IMG/VR virus record: IMGVR_UViG_3300021599_002910
Span: 62,001-126,000 of that record
From: an uncultured virus (IMG/VR IMGVR_UViG_3300021599_002910)
Lineage: Duplodnaviria > Heunggongvirae > Uroviricota > Caudoviricetes
Length of the DNA: 64,000 nucleotides
Reading direction: 5' to 3' (one strand)
Positions 9,690 to 19,605 of the stretch are shown piece by piece (the stretch's first letter is position 1; each line of letters opens with the position of its first letter). The translations under genes were made by a program, and so were the position numbers. The notes under the pieces were generated by a model that saw only the letters and a list, made by a program, of their open reading frames with translations, did no database searches and had not been told where the DNA came from.

Positions 9690-10441
9690 TATCTTGGGAA
9701 TTTACCCTTTTTAATTAATCTCACAAGAATTCTACTACAAGCAATATCTAATGCTTTTTTCGTGGTAATTCCTATAGTTGATTGATTGAACTTTACATCA
9801 CTTAGATTGTCATCGTTAAGTAATGTTAGCTCTCTCACTGTTTTTGCTTCACCAAGACCACTTGCAGCAACTATTTCACCTGTTTCTGCATCTGTAAATC
9901 TAACTTGAAGACCAAGTCTCGTATTGACAGTATTCTTGACACCATCCTTTAAATTTACCGTTTCATCTTCCGACACAGAAAAATCATAGACCTCTACAGT
10001 GACAAAATAATGTGCTAATCTTATTTTTCCCCTGCCATCTAATTTGTCTTGAGAAATTCCACTCTGAGAAGCCTGAAATTGTTTAACCATTCTGTTTTTA
10101 ATTTCAGTTTTATCTTCAGTGAATGTAAATCTATTCAAGTCGGACAAGTATTCCAAAACAATATTCGCAACTCCCAAACCAACTTTCTTCTCTTTAAGTT
10201 CAGGGTATTGTTCATATACCTCATCACTTATTCCAATTGTTAATATTTGAATAGGAACTTGAGGACCATCATAGTCTATCAATGAGTCAATATTGATTTT
10301 TGTTTCAAAACTTGCTTTATATTGTTCAGTCTTTGTTGTTCCAACAGTCTGGGCAGGTAAATTAATTGCAATCAAAAACATTAACAGAAACCAGATTATT
10401 GTAATGATTGCATACTGATTTCTTTTGAAAAAGTTTTTCAT
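9689..10441 (-). CDS. CsgG/HfaB-like protein
   Basis: Signal peptide; GLGVANIVLEYL..LNRFTFTED; LGLQVRFTDAETGEIVAASG is typical of the CsgG fold. Confidence 0.65.
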   Translation of the reverse strand: MKNFFKRNQYAIITIIWFLLMFLIAINLPAQTVGTTKTEQYKASFETKINIDSLIDYDGPQVPIQILTIGISDEVYEQYPELKEKKVGLGVANIVLEYLSDLNRFTFTEDKTEIKNRMVKQFQASQSGISQDKLDGRGKIRLAHYFVTVEVYDFSVSEDETVNLKDGVKNTVNTRLGLQVRFTDAETGEIVAASGLGEAKTVRELTLLNDDNLSDVKFNQSTIGITTKKALDIACSRILVRLIKKGKFPR

Positions 10442-10442
10442 T

Positions 10443-10988
10443 TTAAATATTTTTAATTAGACCACATTTTAGACATTCTTCATCCCCATCACCGTCCATG
10501 TCTCCCCATACGTGTTCACACTGACGATGTTCGAAATACATGTCGATTATACCATCACCATCTTCATCTATACCATCCATTATACCATCACCATCCTCGT
10601 CTATCTCTACACCCGTTTTTGATGGTGTGGTTTGGTATTCCTCAGATTTTGGTAGTATTGCTACTGATTCTTCTTTTGGTTTTACGGTCCCGTCTTGAGT
10701 GTTTGAAAATGAGATACCATCTTCCTCATCCATTTTCTGAACTAACATTTTGTCTTTATCCGTATCACTAAACCAATAGTCGATGATTTTACCATATGAC
10801 CCGATAAATGCCCCGAGTAATAAAAGTAATAATTCTTTCCATTCGCCGCTAATTGCACTTTGTTCAAAAATTGCCATGAAAATGGCCCCGATTATCACCA
10901 CAAATCCACCAAGGACTAATGCGGTAATCCACCATCTTCTTTTCATCATGGAACTCAAGAGTTCTCTAAATCCATTATTAGGTTGCAT
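10443..10988 (-). CDS. two-TM membrane protein with DxDGDG calcium-binding repeats
   Basis: Two hydrophobic helices; DEDGDG twice and DMDGDG; C-terminal CxH...CxxC. Confidence 0.65.
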   Translation of the reverse strand: MQPNNGFRELLSSMMKRRWWITALVLGGFVVIIGAIFMAIFEQSAISGEWKELLLLLLGAFIGSYGKIIDYWFSDTDKDKMLVQKMDEEDGISFSNTQDGTVKPKEESVAILPKSEEYQTTPSKTGVEIDEDGDGIMDGIDEDGDGIIDMYFEHRQCEHVWGDMDGDGDEECLKCGLIKNI

Positions 10989-10991
10989 AAA

Positions 10992-11321
10992 TTACCATTT
11001 TGGGTCTTCTTTAGTCCAGTCATCTTTTTTTGGTTTCGGCTCTTCCTTTTTTGGTTGAGCAGGTGAAGATGAAGGACTTACTTCTTTTATGACTACTGTC
11101 TTACCAGCTGGTGCTTGTTGCTGTTGTTGAGTGTTGTTGATGATAATGTTTGGTGTTGCAGGTTGAGGTTGTTGAGAGCCCTCATCCGAATTTCCACCAA
11201 ATAATAATGTGCTTAACCACACACCTCCCCCAGCAACTACTGTTCCTAATGTTCCTACGATTGTTTTTTTAAGACCTGACCATGTTCCGTCATTATGCTC
11301 TTGTGTTTGTTCTTCTGACAT
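10992..11321 (-). CDS. small membrane protein with Gln/Pro-rich tail
   Basis: One hydrophobic segment followed by a low-complexity tail. Confidence 0.6.
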   Translation of the reverse strand: MSEEQTQEHNDGTWSGLKKTIVGTLGTVVAGGGVWLSTLLFGGNSDEGSQQPQPATPNIIINNTQQQQQAPAGKTVVIKEVSPSSSPAQPKKEEPKPKKDDWTKEDPKW

Positions 11322-11325
11322 TTTT

Positions 11326-13233
11326 TTAAATTTTTATAAATTGTTTAGTTGTTTTATTCTTGGAGTCAAAAATTACTAATTGATAAACTCCATTGGCTAA
11401 ACCTTGAACGTTCAATCTTTTAATTATTTTCACGTCAACATCATTAGATTGGATTTTACCTAAATTAAGTATTTCTTTACCACCTATATCATAAATAGAT
11501 GCATTGACCACTGTTTGTTTTGGTAAATTTATTTCTAAGTTAATCGAACTCTCTGTTGGATTTGGAAAAAGTCTAAACGTGATTTTGTCTGTTTCTGACG
11601 GTGTTACAACCATCATGGCTCTATATGTAAGGACTGTTACACTTGAATTTAGTGTTATGTTGAAGTGGTCACCATTCGAATGCGACGCATCCATTAATTT
11701 TCTTACATAAACTGATGTGGCGATATCCTCACTTGGATTGACAGCGGTAAATTTTAATTTAAACGGGGTCACCGCTCCAATCAGTGCCCCCGTTTTTTGA
11801 TTATTCATTCCACCGAAACGGATTATTCCTTTTTGAGGGTCGTGATTCACATATTGTAACCACGGGCCACCCAAATTGGATTGTATTTCTTCAAATTTAA
11901 CCTTGTTGATATCGTAAGACATTTCGAACTGTAGACCTGTGTTTTGTAATCCATTTGTTTGAATATTGAATGGAACATACATTGGTTGACCAACAACATA
12001 TTGATTTGGTATATCAATATTGAAATTTCCTGAGAAATTTGCAGCCATAATTTCACCACCTTGTGCATCAAACACTGGAGAAGAGTGAGTTCTATCAACG
12101 TCTCCTAGTATGAAGTATTTCAAATCTAACGTAAGATTTGTCAGTCCAACAGAATCTGTAACTATTATACCTCGATTAGAGTATGAGCTCCAAGTTGACC
12201 ATGTAGAGGATACTGTAACTAAACTATCATACTCACTCTTTTTGAAAACATTAATCAATTTTGTTAAATCAATTGGTCTAAGACCTGATACTGATGCGTA
12301 AATTCCATATGGGTCTCCAGCATCCAAAGTTCCTGTCAAATTCAAATCTGCTATCAAATATGAAAGAGGATGTCTTAAAAACTGTCGACCATAAACTTGA
12401 TTTACATCTGTTGAAGTGAATTCATTATATGTTTTTACCGCATCTGAAATTGTAACAGCTCTATCTCTCAAAGAAGCCAAACTATCTTGTGGGAATTTCA
12501 ACTCAATCTTGTATTTCTTATTTTCATCAATATTTGTTAAAGTGTAATTACCTGTAGATGAATTAGGAACTGTAGAGGAAATTAGTTGATTTGTATTGAA
12601 ATCATAACAATTGATTGTTGGTAATAAACCTGATGAAGTCACTGAGCTAGGTAAAAAGACTTTTCCAGAGATTGTTAAGTTACCAAGAAGTTTAACTGCT
12701 AATTTTTTATATGATAGTGTTGCTACGTTATCACCTATTGATGTCCCATCTAATTTTATCATCCTAGCCCAATTTAAGGTTATGGAATCTGAAACGTAGT
12801 TCGGACCTACGTTATTAATTTTGTATTTGTTGTGAATTATATAACCATTTGAACTTACGGAATTACCATTTGATAAAATCAAATAGTTTCTTCCGATGGT
12901 CCAATCTGCGTCAGCTGTATAGTTGTAATTCCCATTGGAGTAGGAATCGAACTTGAAGCTTTCCCATGATTTATAATCAACAACAGGTGTATTGCTATTC
13001 ACTGAAGCATCCACCGTGGTTGAAATGTGGGTAAATAGGGTTTTCTTAAACTGCCAATCGACTTGGAAACCACGGATGTCTACACCTTGTGCTGGTTTGT
13101 AATACCATGCAACATCCAATGTGTCTCCTCTTCGCACTGTAGCGAGTTGTTGAAAATGCCCTATTTCTGGGGTTTGTGCGTAACCATTAATACCACTTAT
13201 TAATAGTAACAACCCCAAAAGGGTTTTTTTCAT
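11326..13233 (-). CDS. secreted protein with dockerin-like, cohesin-like and T9SS type-A C-terminal sorting domains
   Basis: Signal peptide; ADLNLTGTLDAGD and LGDVD; GLQFEMSYD..KVKF; C-terminal LFPNPT...IYDIGGK...LANGVY...TKQFIKI. Confidence 0.75.
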   Translation of the reverse strand: MKKTLLGLLLLISGINGYAQTPEIGHFQQLATVRRGDTLDVAWYYKPAQGVDIRGFQVDWQFKKTLFTHISTTVDASVNSNTPVVDYKSWESFKFDSYSNGNYNYTADADWTIGRNYLILSNGNSVSSNGYIIHNKYKINNVGPNYVSDSITLNWARMIKLDGTSIGDNVATLSYKKLAVKLLGNLTISGKVFLPSSVTSSGLLPTINCYDFNTNQLISSTVPNSSTGNYTLTNIDENKKYKIELKFPQDSLASLRDRAVTISDAVKTYNEFTSTDVNQVYGRQFLRHPLSYLIADLNLTGTLDAGDPYGIYASVSGLRPIDLTKLINVFKKSEYDSLVTVSSTWSTWSSYSNRGIIVTDSVGLTNLTLDLKYFILGDVDRTHSSPVFDAQGGEIMAANFSGNFNIDIPNQYVVGQPMYVPFNIQTNGLQNTGLQFEMSYDINKVKFEEIQSNLGGPWLQYVNHDPQKGIIRFGGMNNQKTGALIGAVTPFKLKFTAVNPSEDIATSVYVRKLMDASHSNGDHFNITLNSSVTVLTYRAMMVVTPSETDKITFRLFPNPTESSINLEINLPKQTVVNASIYDIGGKEILNLGKIQSNDVDVKIIKRLNVQGLANGVYQLVIFDSKNKTTKQFIKI

Positions 13234-13234
13234 T

Positions 13235-13735
13235 TTACTTGAAAAGATTTAAAATTAATGTCTCTGAGGACTTTTTTATAACATTCGAAACGGACTGCTG
13301 ATTTATTGAACCCCCTTCTGAAATTATCAGTGTAGACATAGAGATTTCCGAGGATTTTCCTGTAGATAGGTAATCGTTTAATTTTTTACCTGATTGATTA
13401 TACAATGTTCCTTTAATTCTAAGGATTGTTTCATTATCGTTTTTATGGAACACAGATATTCCCGTATTTGTTTGCATAATGTCGAAATAAACAATTTCTA
13501 TCTTCAAAGAAAAGTCTGATTTATGTAATGAATCTGAGAGGGTGTAATTTAATTCTTGGAGATTTTCTAAGACTATATTTTTAACACCAAACGTCAGGTT
13601 ACGATTTTTTGCCATCGGACCTATGACAATTTTATTTTCGATTGGTAATAAAAATACCTTTTTAGGTTCTTGAATTTTGTGGTGGCCAGGGATTAGCAAA
13701 AATGTTGCTAATATGAAAGAGAATAATAATTTCAT
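13235..13735 (-). CDS. secreted hypothetical protein
   Basis: N-terminal hydrophobic segment; first gene of the module; TATTTAT upstream. Confidence 0.6.
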   Translation of the reverse strand: MKLLFSFILATFLLIPGHHKIQEPKKVFLLPIENKIVIGPMAKNRNLTFGVKNIVLENLQELNYTLSDSLHKSDFSLKIEIVYFDIMQTNTGISVFHKNDNETILRIKGTLYNQSGKKLNDYLSTGKSSEISMSTLIISEGGSINQQSVSNVIKKSSETLILNLFK

Positions 13736-13805
13736 ATCGATAGTATCTTGGTATCAATAAATACTTTCAAACTACATCTTATGGAGTATTTATAATAAAC
13801 TTTAC

Positions 13806-14912
13806 ATGAAATTATTGTCAGAAATAGATAGGTTTAAATCTTTGATGGGTGTTGTAAATGAAGAAAATTCATTGGAGGGAGCAAAGATGAATGTGAACCT
13901 GAAATCATTCGTGGAGACACTCCAATTTTTGAAATTATTTAGCCCGAAAGTTGTAAGAATGTTAATTGATATATCAAAATTTGCGACCAAACAAATTATT
14001 GATTTTGATATGATGAATCGTGGACTAAGAAAAGTTTTGTTGAAAAAAGGGGACAAGAAAAAAAATGTTGAGGACTACCTCGGTAAAATAATCTCATCTC
14101 TCAGATACAGAGATAGAAGTGGATATGGCATAGAACCTGAAAGTGAAGACTATGAGTTCGAAATTGAAGAGCCTTCAATTATACCAAAAAAGGTTTTCAG
14201 GAAGGAGCTTTATGAATTACAAGTTGAATTATTGAAACTACAGGAATGGTTGAAACACACAGGAAAGACAGTGATTATAGTTTTCGAAGGTAGAGATTCC
14301 GCAGGTAAAGGTGCAACAATCAAAAAATTTGTCGAAAATTTAAATCCAAGATACTATAATGTAATTGCTTTAGGAGTTCCGACACCTGAAGATAGAAAGG
14401 ATTGGTGGAATCGTTACAGAAAACAAATCAGACCAGGAATGATTAACTTGTTTGACAGAAGTTGGTATAATAGAGGATTAATAGAACCTGTTATGGGATA
14501 TGGAAACCCTGAAGAGTATGAAGATTTTATGGAGAATGTAGCCGATTTTGAGAATGATTTGGTAAAAGACGGAGATTATTTATTCAAACTTTGGTTTTCA
14601 ATCGACAAAGACACTCAAGCAAGAAGATTCAAAATGAGACAACAATCTCCTCTCAAATATTGGAAATACTCACCTAACGACTCAAAAATGCAAGACTTGT
14701 GGGATAGATTCACAGAGTTCAAAGAAAAATTGTTCGATAAAACATCCACACTTAATCACCCTTGGGTTATAATTGATGCTGAAGACAAAAGAGTGTCTGG
14801 ATTAAATGCCATTAGATATGTTCTACAAAACATACCATACGAAGGGAAAAATGAAAAAGTTCTTGATAAAGAATTTCCTGAAGTGTTGGCAGTTCTAAAA
14901 CCAAATTCTTAA
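13806..14912 (+). CDS. ppk2: polyphosphate kinase 2 with ~120-aa N-terminal extension
   Basis: LQVELLKLQ, FEGRDSAGKG (Walker A), FDRSWYNR, PLKYWKYSPND, PWVII. Confidence 0.93.
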   Translation: MKLLSEIDRFKSLMGVVNEENSLEGAKMNVNLKSFVETLQFLKLFSPKVVRMLIDISKFATKQIIDFDMMNRGLRKVLLKKGDKKKNVEDYLGKIISSLRYRDRSGYGIEPESEDYEFEIEEPSIIPKKVFRKELYELQVELLKLQEWLKHTGKTVIIVFEGRDSAGKGATIKKFVENLNPRYYNVIALGVPTPEDRKDWWNRYRKQIRPGMINLFDRSWYNRGLIEPVMGYGNPEEYEDFMENVADFENDLVKDGDYLFKLWFSIDKDTQARRFKMRQQSPLKYWKYSPNDSKMQDLWDRFTEFKEKLFDKTSTLNHPWVIIDAEDKRVSGLNAIRYVLQNIPYEGKNEKVLDKEFPEVLAVLKPNS

Positions 14913-14914
14913 TT

Positions 14915-15532
14915 ATGAAAAACCTAAGAAAAATAATTTCTGAAACATTGAATGCAGAATTAGAAAAAACACTAATCCTAAGGGAAGAAGTTAAAATTTC
15001 AGAAGCACTAAAATATCATATAGAAAATAAATTATCCCTTACCAACAATATTTTTAGAGTTTATTCGGAGGGATATTTTGATTTGGTAAATGAAGTGAGA
15101 AATTTATGGAAACAAGGTAAGATTAGATTAAATGAAGAAGATACTATGATGGTTGAATCTGATTTGGGTAAGAGAGTTCAGATTGGTGAACAGATTGTTT
15201 ATTTAGATGCCCCATTTGAGTTAGATGATGAGGAAGTTTTGGGAGAGGCTAAACATAGAGGAAAAAACGTTAAATTAGGTAAACCATTCCGAACACCAGG
15301 TGGACCAAAGAAGTTTGCAGTATATGTAAAATCTAAAGGTGGTGGAGTAAAAAAGGTTACTTTTGGTGACCCTAATTTGAAAGTTAGAAATAGAAATAAA
15401 GGGGCGGCTAAATCTTTTAGAGCCAGACACAGATGTGACCAAAAGAAAGATAGAACTACAGCAGGATATTGGTCCTGTAATGTGGGGAGATATGCTAAAC
15501 AACTCGGACTTTCATCTTCAAACTCATGGTAA
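14915..15532 (+). CDS. hypothetical phage protein with basic C-terminal domain
   Basis: KKFAVYVK...KVTFGDP...SFRARHRC...AGYWSC. Confidence 0.65.
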   Translation: MKNLRKIISETLNAELEKTLILREEVKISEALKYHIENKLSLTNNIFRVYSEGYFDLVNEVRNLWKQGKIRLNEEDTMMVESDLGKRVQIGEQIVYLDAPFELDDEEVLGEAKHRGKNVKLGKPFRTPGGPKKFAVYVKSKGGGVKKVTFGDPNLKVRNRNKGAAKSFRARHRCDQKKDRTTAGYWSCNVGRYAKQLGLSSSNSW

Positions 15533-15822
15533 TTAAGTCAGAGGAAATAACAAATTTTCCATTTGAACAAGAATTTATCGATGGTAAAATTCGAAGGGTT
15601 TTCAATATTGATGTTGATTCAGAAGAACTAAAATGGCATCAAGACCTTAAGGATAGAAAAGTTACTGTTGTTGAAGGAGGTGGATGGGAATTTCAAATTG
15701 AAGATTGTTTGCCAACTAAGTTAGAGGATGCCAAACAATTTTACATCCCTAAATTAGTTTGGCATAGAGTTATAAAAGGTAACAGACCTTTAGTGGTGGA
15801 AATAGAAGAAATTGAATCATGA
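15526..15822 (+). CDS. cupin-like protein
   Basis: WHQD...IPKLVWHRVIKG. Confidence 0.6.
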   Translation: MVIKSEEITNFPFEQEFIDGKIRRVFNIDVDSEELKWHQDLKDRKVTVVEGGGWEFQIEDCLPTKLEDAKQFYIPKLVWHRVIKGNRPLVVEIEEIES

Positions 15823-16394
15823 AATTACAATCCGATTTGATACCCCATGAAAAGTTTCACAAAGGATTTTGGTTAAAAACAGAACAATGTCCTTGGTTTT
15901 TTTTCTATGAGGCACCAAGAGAATACAAAATACCGAAAAACAAAAACTTTTATTCCACGTTGGACGATGATTTAAAAAATCTTGTCATTCATCTACATTC
16001 GAAAAATATTCCGACAACTCCATCGTGTTCAGGACACATCAAAGATGACAACCACTACAGTGATGTTTACGACAAATTAGCTAAAACCTCTAAAGAAATC
16101 AGGGGAAGTGGTGTAGAATTGATGAATCCTGAAACAAATAAGAAATTCTTCTATCATAACCCGACTTACAAACTCCCTTTGAAGAAAAATGATTTTTTAG
16201 AAGAATTAAGAAAATACCAAAGAAAAGGGGTGTTAGGTTTTGTTGATAACCAAAATTTATATCACAAGTTAAAACATGAAATACCGGTTGACAGGTATGA
16301 TGATGTCACACTGATAATGACTGAAGGTAAAACCCAAAATCAAATCTCGAGAAACTGGAAAAATATAGAAAAAATTATTAAGGGACTAAATTAA
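15819..16394 (+). CDS. hypothetical protein
   Basis: 191-aa ORF with a TTPSCSGH motif. Confidence 0.6.
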   Translation: MKLQSDLIPHEKFHKGFWLKTEQCPWFFFYEAPREYKIPKNKNFYSTLDDDLKNLVIHLHSKNIPTTPSCSGHIKDDNHYSDVYDKLAKTSKEIRGSGVELMNPETNKKFFYHNPTYKLPLKKNDFLEELRKYQRKGVLGFVDNQNLYHKLKHEIPVDRYDDVTLIMTEGKTQNQISRNWKNIEKIIKGLN

Positions 16395-17153
16395 ATCTCT
16401 TATATCGAATTTTTCAACAAACTTAGGGAAAGCCTCCTTATAAGATGTTTGTGTCTCATCCGAAATCTTGTTCGTAAATTGCCAATTCCAATAGAAAGTG
16501 TCGTTCGGTCTGAATCCGTAATAGAAGTGAACTCTTTTTTGAGTGTCGACAACATCAATACCTTTCCAGTTTTGACCAACACATATGAAACCGCTCTGAA
16601 TATCTTTTATTATATTTGATTCTCCTAATGTTGTATGTCTATTTTCTAACCAAGTCAATCTCTCAATAAGTTTTTGATAAAACATATTTGCCTGACCCCA
16701 CCTCACAGATGAGAAAAATATTACAGCATCAGATTCAAGGAGTTCTTTAGATATTTTCCAAAGTTCATCGTCTTTGTTATTCAAACTAGCCCAACATCTG
16801 TGCTCTCCTGAAGGATTTTTTGTTTTGTCGTTCAATTTGGCTTTCTTAAGTCCACATGAGTTTCCCTCGGCTCTCGAAACATTCCCTTCACAGGGATAAA
16901 TTTTCAATTCAGGAACATCAATCAAAACAGACTTTTCACCCAAGTATTCATCAATCACCATTGCTAAGATTGTAGATTTGGGTATATCCATTTTATTTAA
17001 ATCCCAATTATAACGATTCGAACAAGGTAATAGTAGAACTTTATCCAATTTTGAAAGTTCATCGATTGTTTTTTCCAACGCTTTTAAATTACCAAGCGAA
17101 CCATTTTTTTCACTTACGTTGTATTTGTCCAATATTTCGTTGAGTAATGACAT
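16386..17153 (-). CDS. flavodoxin-fold protein (FMN reductase / iron-sulfur flavoprotein-like)
   Basis: LKIYPCEGNVS..C...C; ESDAVIFFSSVRWG; KLIERL. Confidence 0.7.
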   Translation of the reverse strand: MSLLNEILDKYNVSEKNGSLGNLKALEKTIDELSKLDKVLLLPCSNRYNWDLNKMDIPKSTILAMVIDEYLGEKSVLIDVPELKIYPCEGNVSRAEGNSCGLKKAKLNDKTKNPSGEHRCWASLNNKDDELWKISKELLESDAVIFFSSVRWGQANMFYQKLIERLTWLENRHTTLGESNIIKDIQSGFICVGQNWKGIDVVDTQKRVHFYYGFRPNDTFYWNWQFTNKISDETQTSYKEAFPKFVEKFDIRDLI

Positions 17154-17211
17154 ATGTTATAAATACCATGAATGGAGTATTAAAAAACCCACAGTTATGT
17201 GGGTCTTAATT

Positions 17212-18201
17212 TTAAGCTATTCCAATTTCATTAGGGATTATCATTTGTTCATATTCCCGAGCGGCTTCTCGTAATCTTGCCATAACCATTACATCCGTTT
17301 CCTGTGAAATTAATCTTTCAAGTCTTGGAACATCTTCAACGTAAGCTGGTTCAGGTTCCTCAATTGAAATTGGCATTACTTTGGCATATTCATCAATACA
17401 TTCTTTGTGAACTTGCTCTTGGATTTCATCTGAAGATAGATTCTTATTACTCATATCGGATGAAAATATTTTCCTAACATGAGAAAACATATAATCATCG
17501 ATTTCTAAATCTAAGTAATCAACACGATTGTCTGCGGCATTCCAAAAACTCATTTCTTTATTTTGTAAATCTCTATATCCTGCAAACTTATATCCCGTTT
17601 TTTTGTTGATAAAATAAACAAGAATACCTTGTCTCCAATACTTTTCAAAATAATTTTTTTCTTTTTGATAAGTTGTGCACCATCTTGTCCCTGCACCATA
17701 TTTTGTTGATGATGAGAATGTTAATGGCCTCACACATACCCAAATATTATCCTCATATTCGGATATGACCTGACCCTCGAGTTCTTTATTCCATTCTTTA
17801 ATAGAAGCCAAGGTAATAGCACCCCTCAATTCATCAATTGTGGAATAAGATGTTACATCGTTATTTTCAATCTGATTTTTATCCATGTAATGAATGAATT
17901 CTTTCATGGTGAAAAAATAATCTTGAGAAAAAAATTCACTCAAAGTATGAAAAACGTATAGTTCATTGTCCGACAAATTGTTGGTCGAAATTCCTTTATT
18001 AATTAAAGAAATTTCAGCCTCAAGTTTAATTTCTGAAAAATTTTCACTAAATTCTTTTTTCATATTGAACCTTTTCCCGAAAATTTTACAAAGGAGGGGT
18101 AGGTATTTGTATGACTTTGACGAGTCCAATTTAATTAAGACATCGAATAAACTAACGTTGAGTTCAGGGTATTGTTTTTTTAATTCATCTAATCGAGACA
18201 T
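17212..18201 (-). CDS. hypothetical protein with a KYG..T(R/K)WCTT motif (paralogous to 48865..50346)
   Basis: SSTKYGAGTRWCTT; start moved to MSRLDELKK. Confidence 0.7.
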   Translation of the reverse strand: MSRLDELKKQYPELNVSLFDVLIKLDSSKSYKYLPLLCKIFGKRFNMKKEFSENFSEIKLEAEISLINKGISTNNLSDNELYVFHTLSEFFSQDYFFTMKEFIHYMDKNQIENNDVTSYSTIDELRGAITLASIKEWNKELEGQVISEYEDNIWVCVRPLTFSSSTKYGAGTRWCTTYQKEKNYFEKYWRQGILVYFINKKTGYKFAGYRDLQNKEMSFWNAADNRVDYLDLEIDDYMFSHVRKIFSSDMSNKNLSSDEIQEQVHKECIDEYAKVMPISIEEPEPAYVEDVPRLERLISQETDVMVMARLREAAREYEQMIIPNEIGIA

Positions 18202-18251
18202 GACTTCTTTTTTGTAAAAATTATGAAAAATAAAACTTGATGTCAAATGAA

Positions 18252-18824
18252 TTATTCAAACCAGCAGATAAACGCTTTTCTCACCCCATTTGTGGTTGGC
18301 ATAACACCATGAACAAATTTCTCATCGCAACCAAATCCAAGAATTTTATTTTTTTCAGGTTTAACTAAAATGTCTAAAACAGGGAAATGAGTTTCACCAC
18401 CATCAAAACCTTCGTTCAGATATAAGACAGTAGTGTATTTTCTATTCGGAACATAATTCGGTATCCAATTTCCTTGATAGTTTGAATATGTGTTATTTTC
18501 TTTGGATGGAAGACCCATGACTCTATTTTCAGGGATTTCTGGCCAAACTGAATCTGCGTGATAATCGAAACCTCTTGTTTGATTCGCAAATCCACAGTAA
18601 TGTAATTTTAAATTTGTGCCATATGAATTTCTTACAAAAAAAAGATTTCTGTTGAAGATTCTCAAAAAAAGTGGAGAGTTGAAAATATCATCATCTTTAG
18701 AAATTTCATACCATTCATAAAAATTTTCCTCAGTGGAAAAAGATTTGTTGGTTTTTTCATTAAGAAAGGAAAACAGGAAGTTATTTTCTGTTTCATCGAT
18801 AAAATTATTTTTTATATGAACCAT
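18252..18824 (-). CDS. 2OG-Fe(II) oxygenase (prolyl-4-hydroxylase-like)
   Basis: YHAD, TTVLYLN..FDGGET.F, HGV..TTNGVR. Start moved to the ATG at 18824 because the upstream stretch is a tRNA-like RNA. Confidence 0.85.
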   Translation of the reverse strand: MVHIKNNFIDETENNFLFSFLNEKTNKSFSTEENFYEWYEISKDDDIFNSPLFLRIFNRNLFFVRNSYGTNLKLHYCGFANQTRGFDYHADSVWPEIPENRVMGLPSKENNTYSNYQGNWIPNYVPNRKYTTVLYLNEGFDGGETHFPVLDILVKPEKNKILGFGCDEKFVHGVMPTTNGVRKAFICWFE

Positions 18825-18826
18825 TG

Positions 18827-18984
18827 CTGTAAGGGAAGGATTCGAACCTTCATGCTGTGATTCGGTGGTGGACACATTTAGCGCGCTTTGTGGTCAACCC
18901 ATATCCAACACCTATCTCAAATTCAGCGCCCCCGAGACGAGGGGGTGTGTATGCCAAGTCCGCGGGACGTTTCACCACCTTACA
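18827..18984 (-). ncRNA. 158-nt tRNA-like RNA with enlarged D-loop and very long variable arm
   Basis: Acceptor stem TGTAAGG/CCTTACA; T-arm GAAGG-TTCGAAT-CCTTC; CCCCC-TCGTCTC-GGGGG arm. Confidence 0.7.
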
Positions 18985-18989
18985 AAGTG

Positions 18990-19077
18990 CGGAAAGAGTA
19001 GGATTCGAACCCACGGAACAGTTCCCCGTTCTCCTGATTTCAAGTCAGGTGCAATCGACCAGCTCTGCCATCTTTCC
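18990..19077 (-). tRNA. tRNA-Ser(TGA)
   Basis: Cloverleaf; CCTGA-CT-TGA-AA-TCAGG; long variable arm; G73. Confidence 0.95.
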
Positions 19078-19170
19078 ATTTAATTTTTTTTACCCCTACG
19101 ATTTTTATATGTAGTAGTTAGGAAAACTAATACATTTTGTTATGTTCTACAAAGATATTATATTTGTTGT

Positions 19171-19605
19171 ATGAAAACAATAATTACTTCTATATTTTTA
19201 TTTATCACGATTCTATGTAAAGGACAAACGAGTGATGTTATGTATGTTCCCGACCAAAAAACATTGGTTGTGACCTATCACAATAATTTCAACGGAGTCG
19301 GATTCTATGTTGGTGGTTATCTTGTTGCGACCTTCCCCGCACCATACATATATACAACCCCAATGTCTCGAATTAATCGTGTGGGTCTAAGTTTAACAAA
19401 TCATCAGATATCAATTATGGGTGGTATTTTCGGTGAATCTTATTACGATAGTGTATCAATCAAACCTGATATTTGGCTCAAAATTCACCCCATAAGAATC
19501 CTTACCAAGACCAATAAAGGAATTGACTTGTCTTTGGGTGTTAATTACATGAAAGGTGTGAGATATGGTGTTGGTTTATCAATCCCTTTCCGTGGTATTT
19601 ATTAA
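19171..19605 (+). CDS. small secreted protein, possibly a beta-barrel
   Basis: Signal peptide; beta-rich; TATATTTG upstream. Confidence 0.6.
   Translation: MKTIITSIFLFITILCKGQTSDVMYVPDQKTLVVTYHNNFNGVGFYVGGYLVATFPAPYIYTTPMSRINRVGLSLTNHQISIMGGIFGESYYDSVSIKPDIWLKIHPIRILTKTNKGIDLSLGVNYMKGVRYGVGLSIPFRGIY

Noticed and set aside
18857..19114. ORFs 18857..19114 and 18865..19083, and the N-terminal extension of 18252..18875
   Set aside because: They overlap tRNA-Ser and the tRNA-like RNA.
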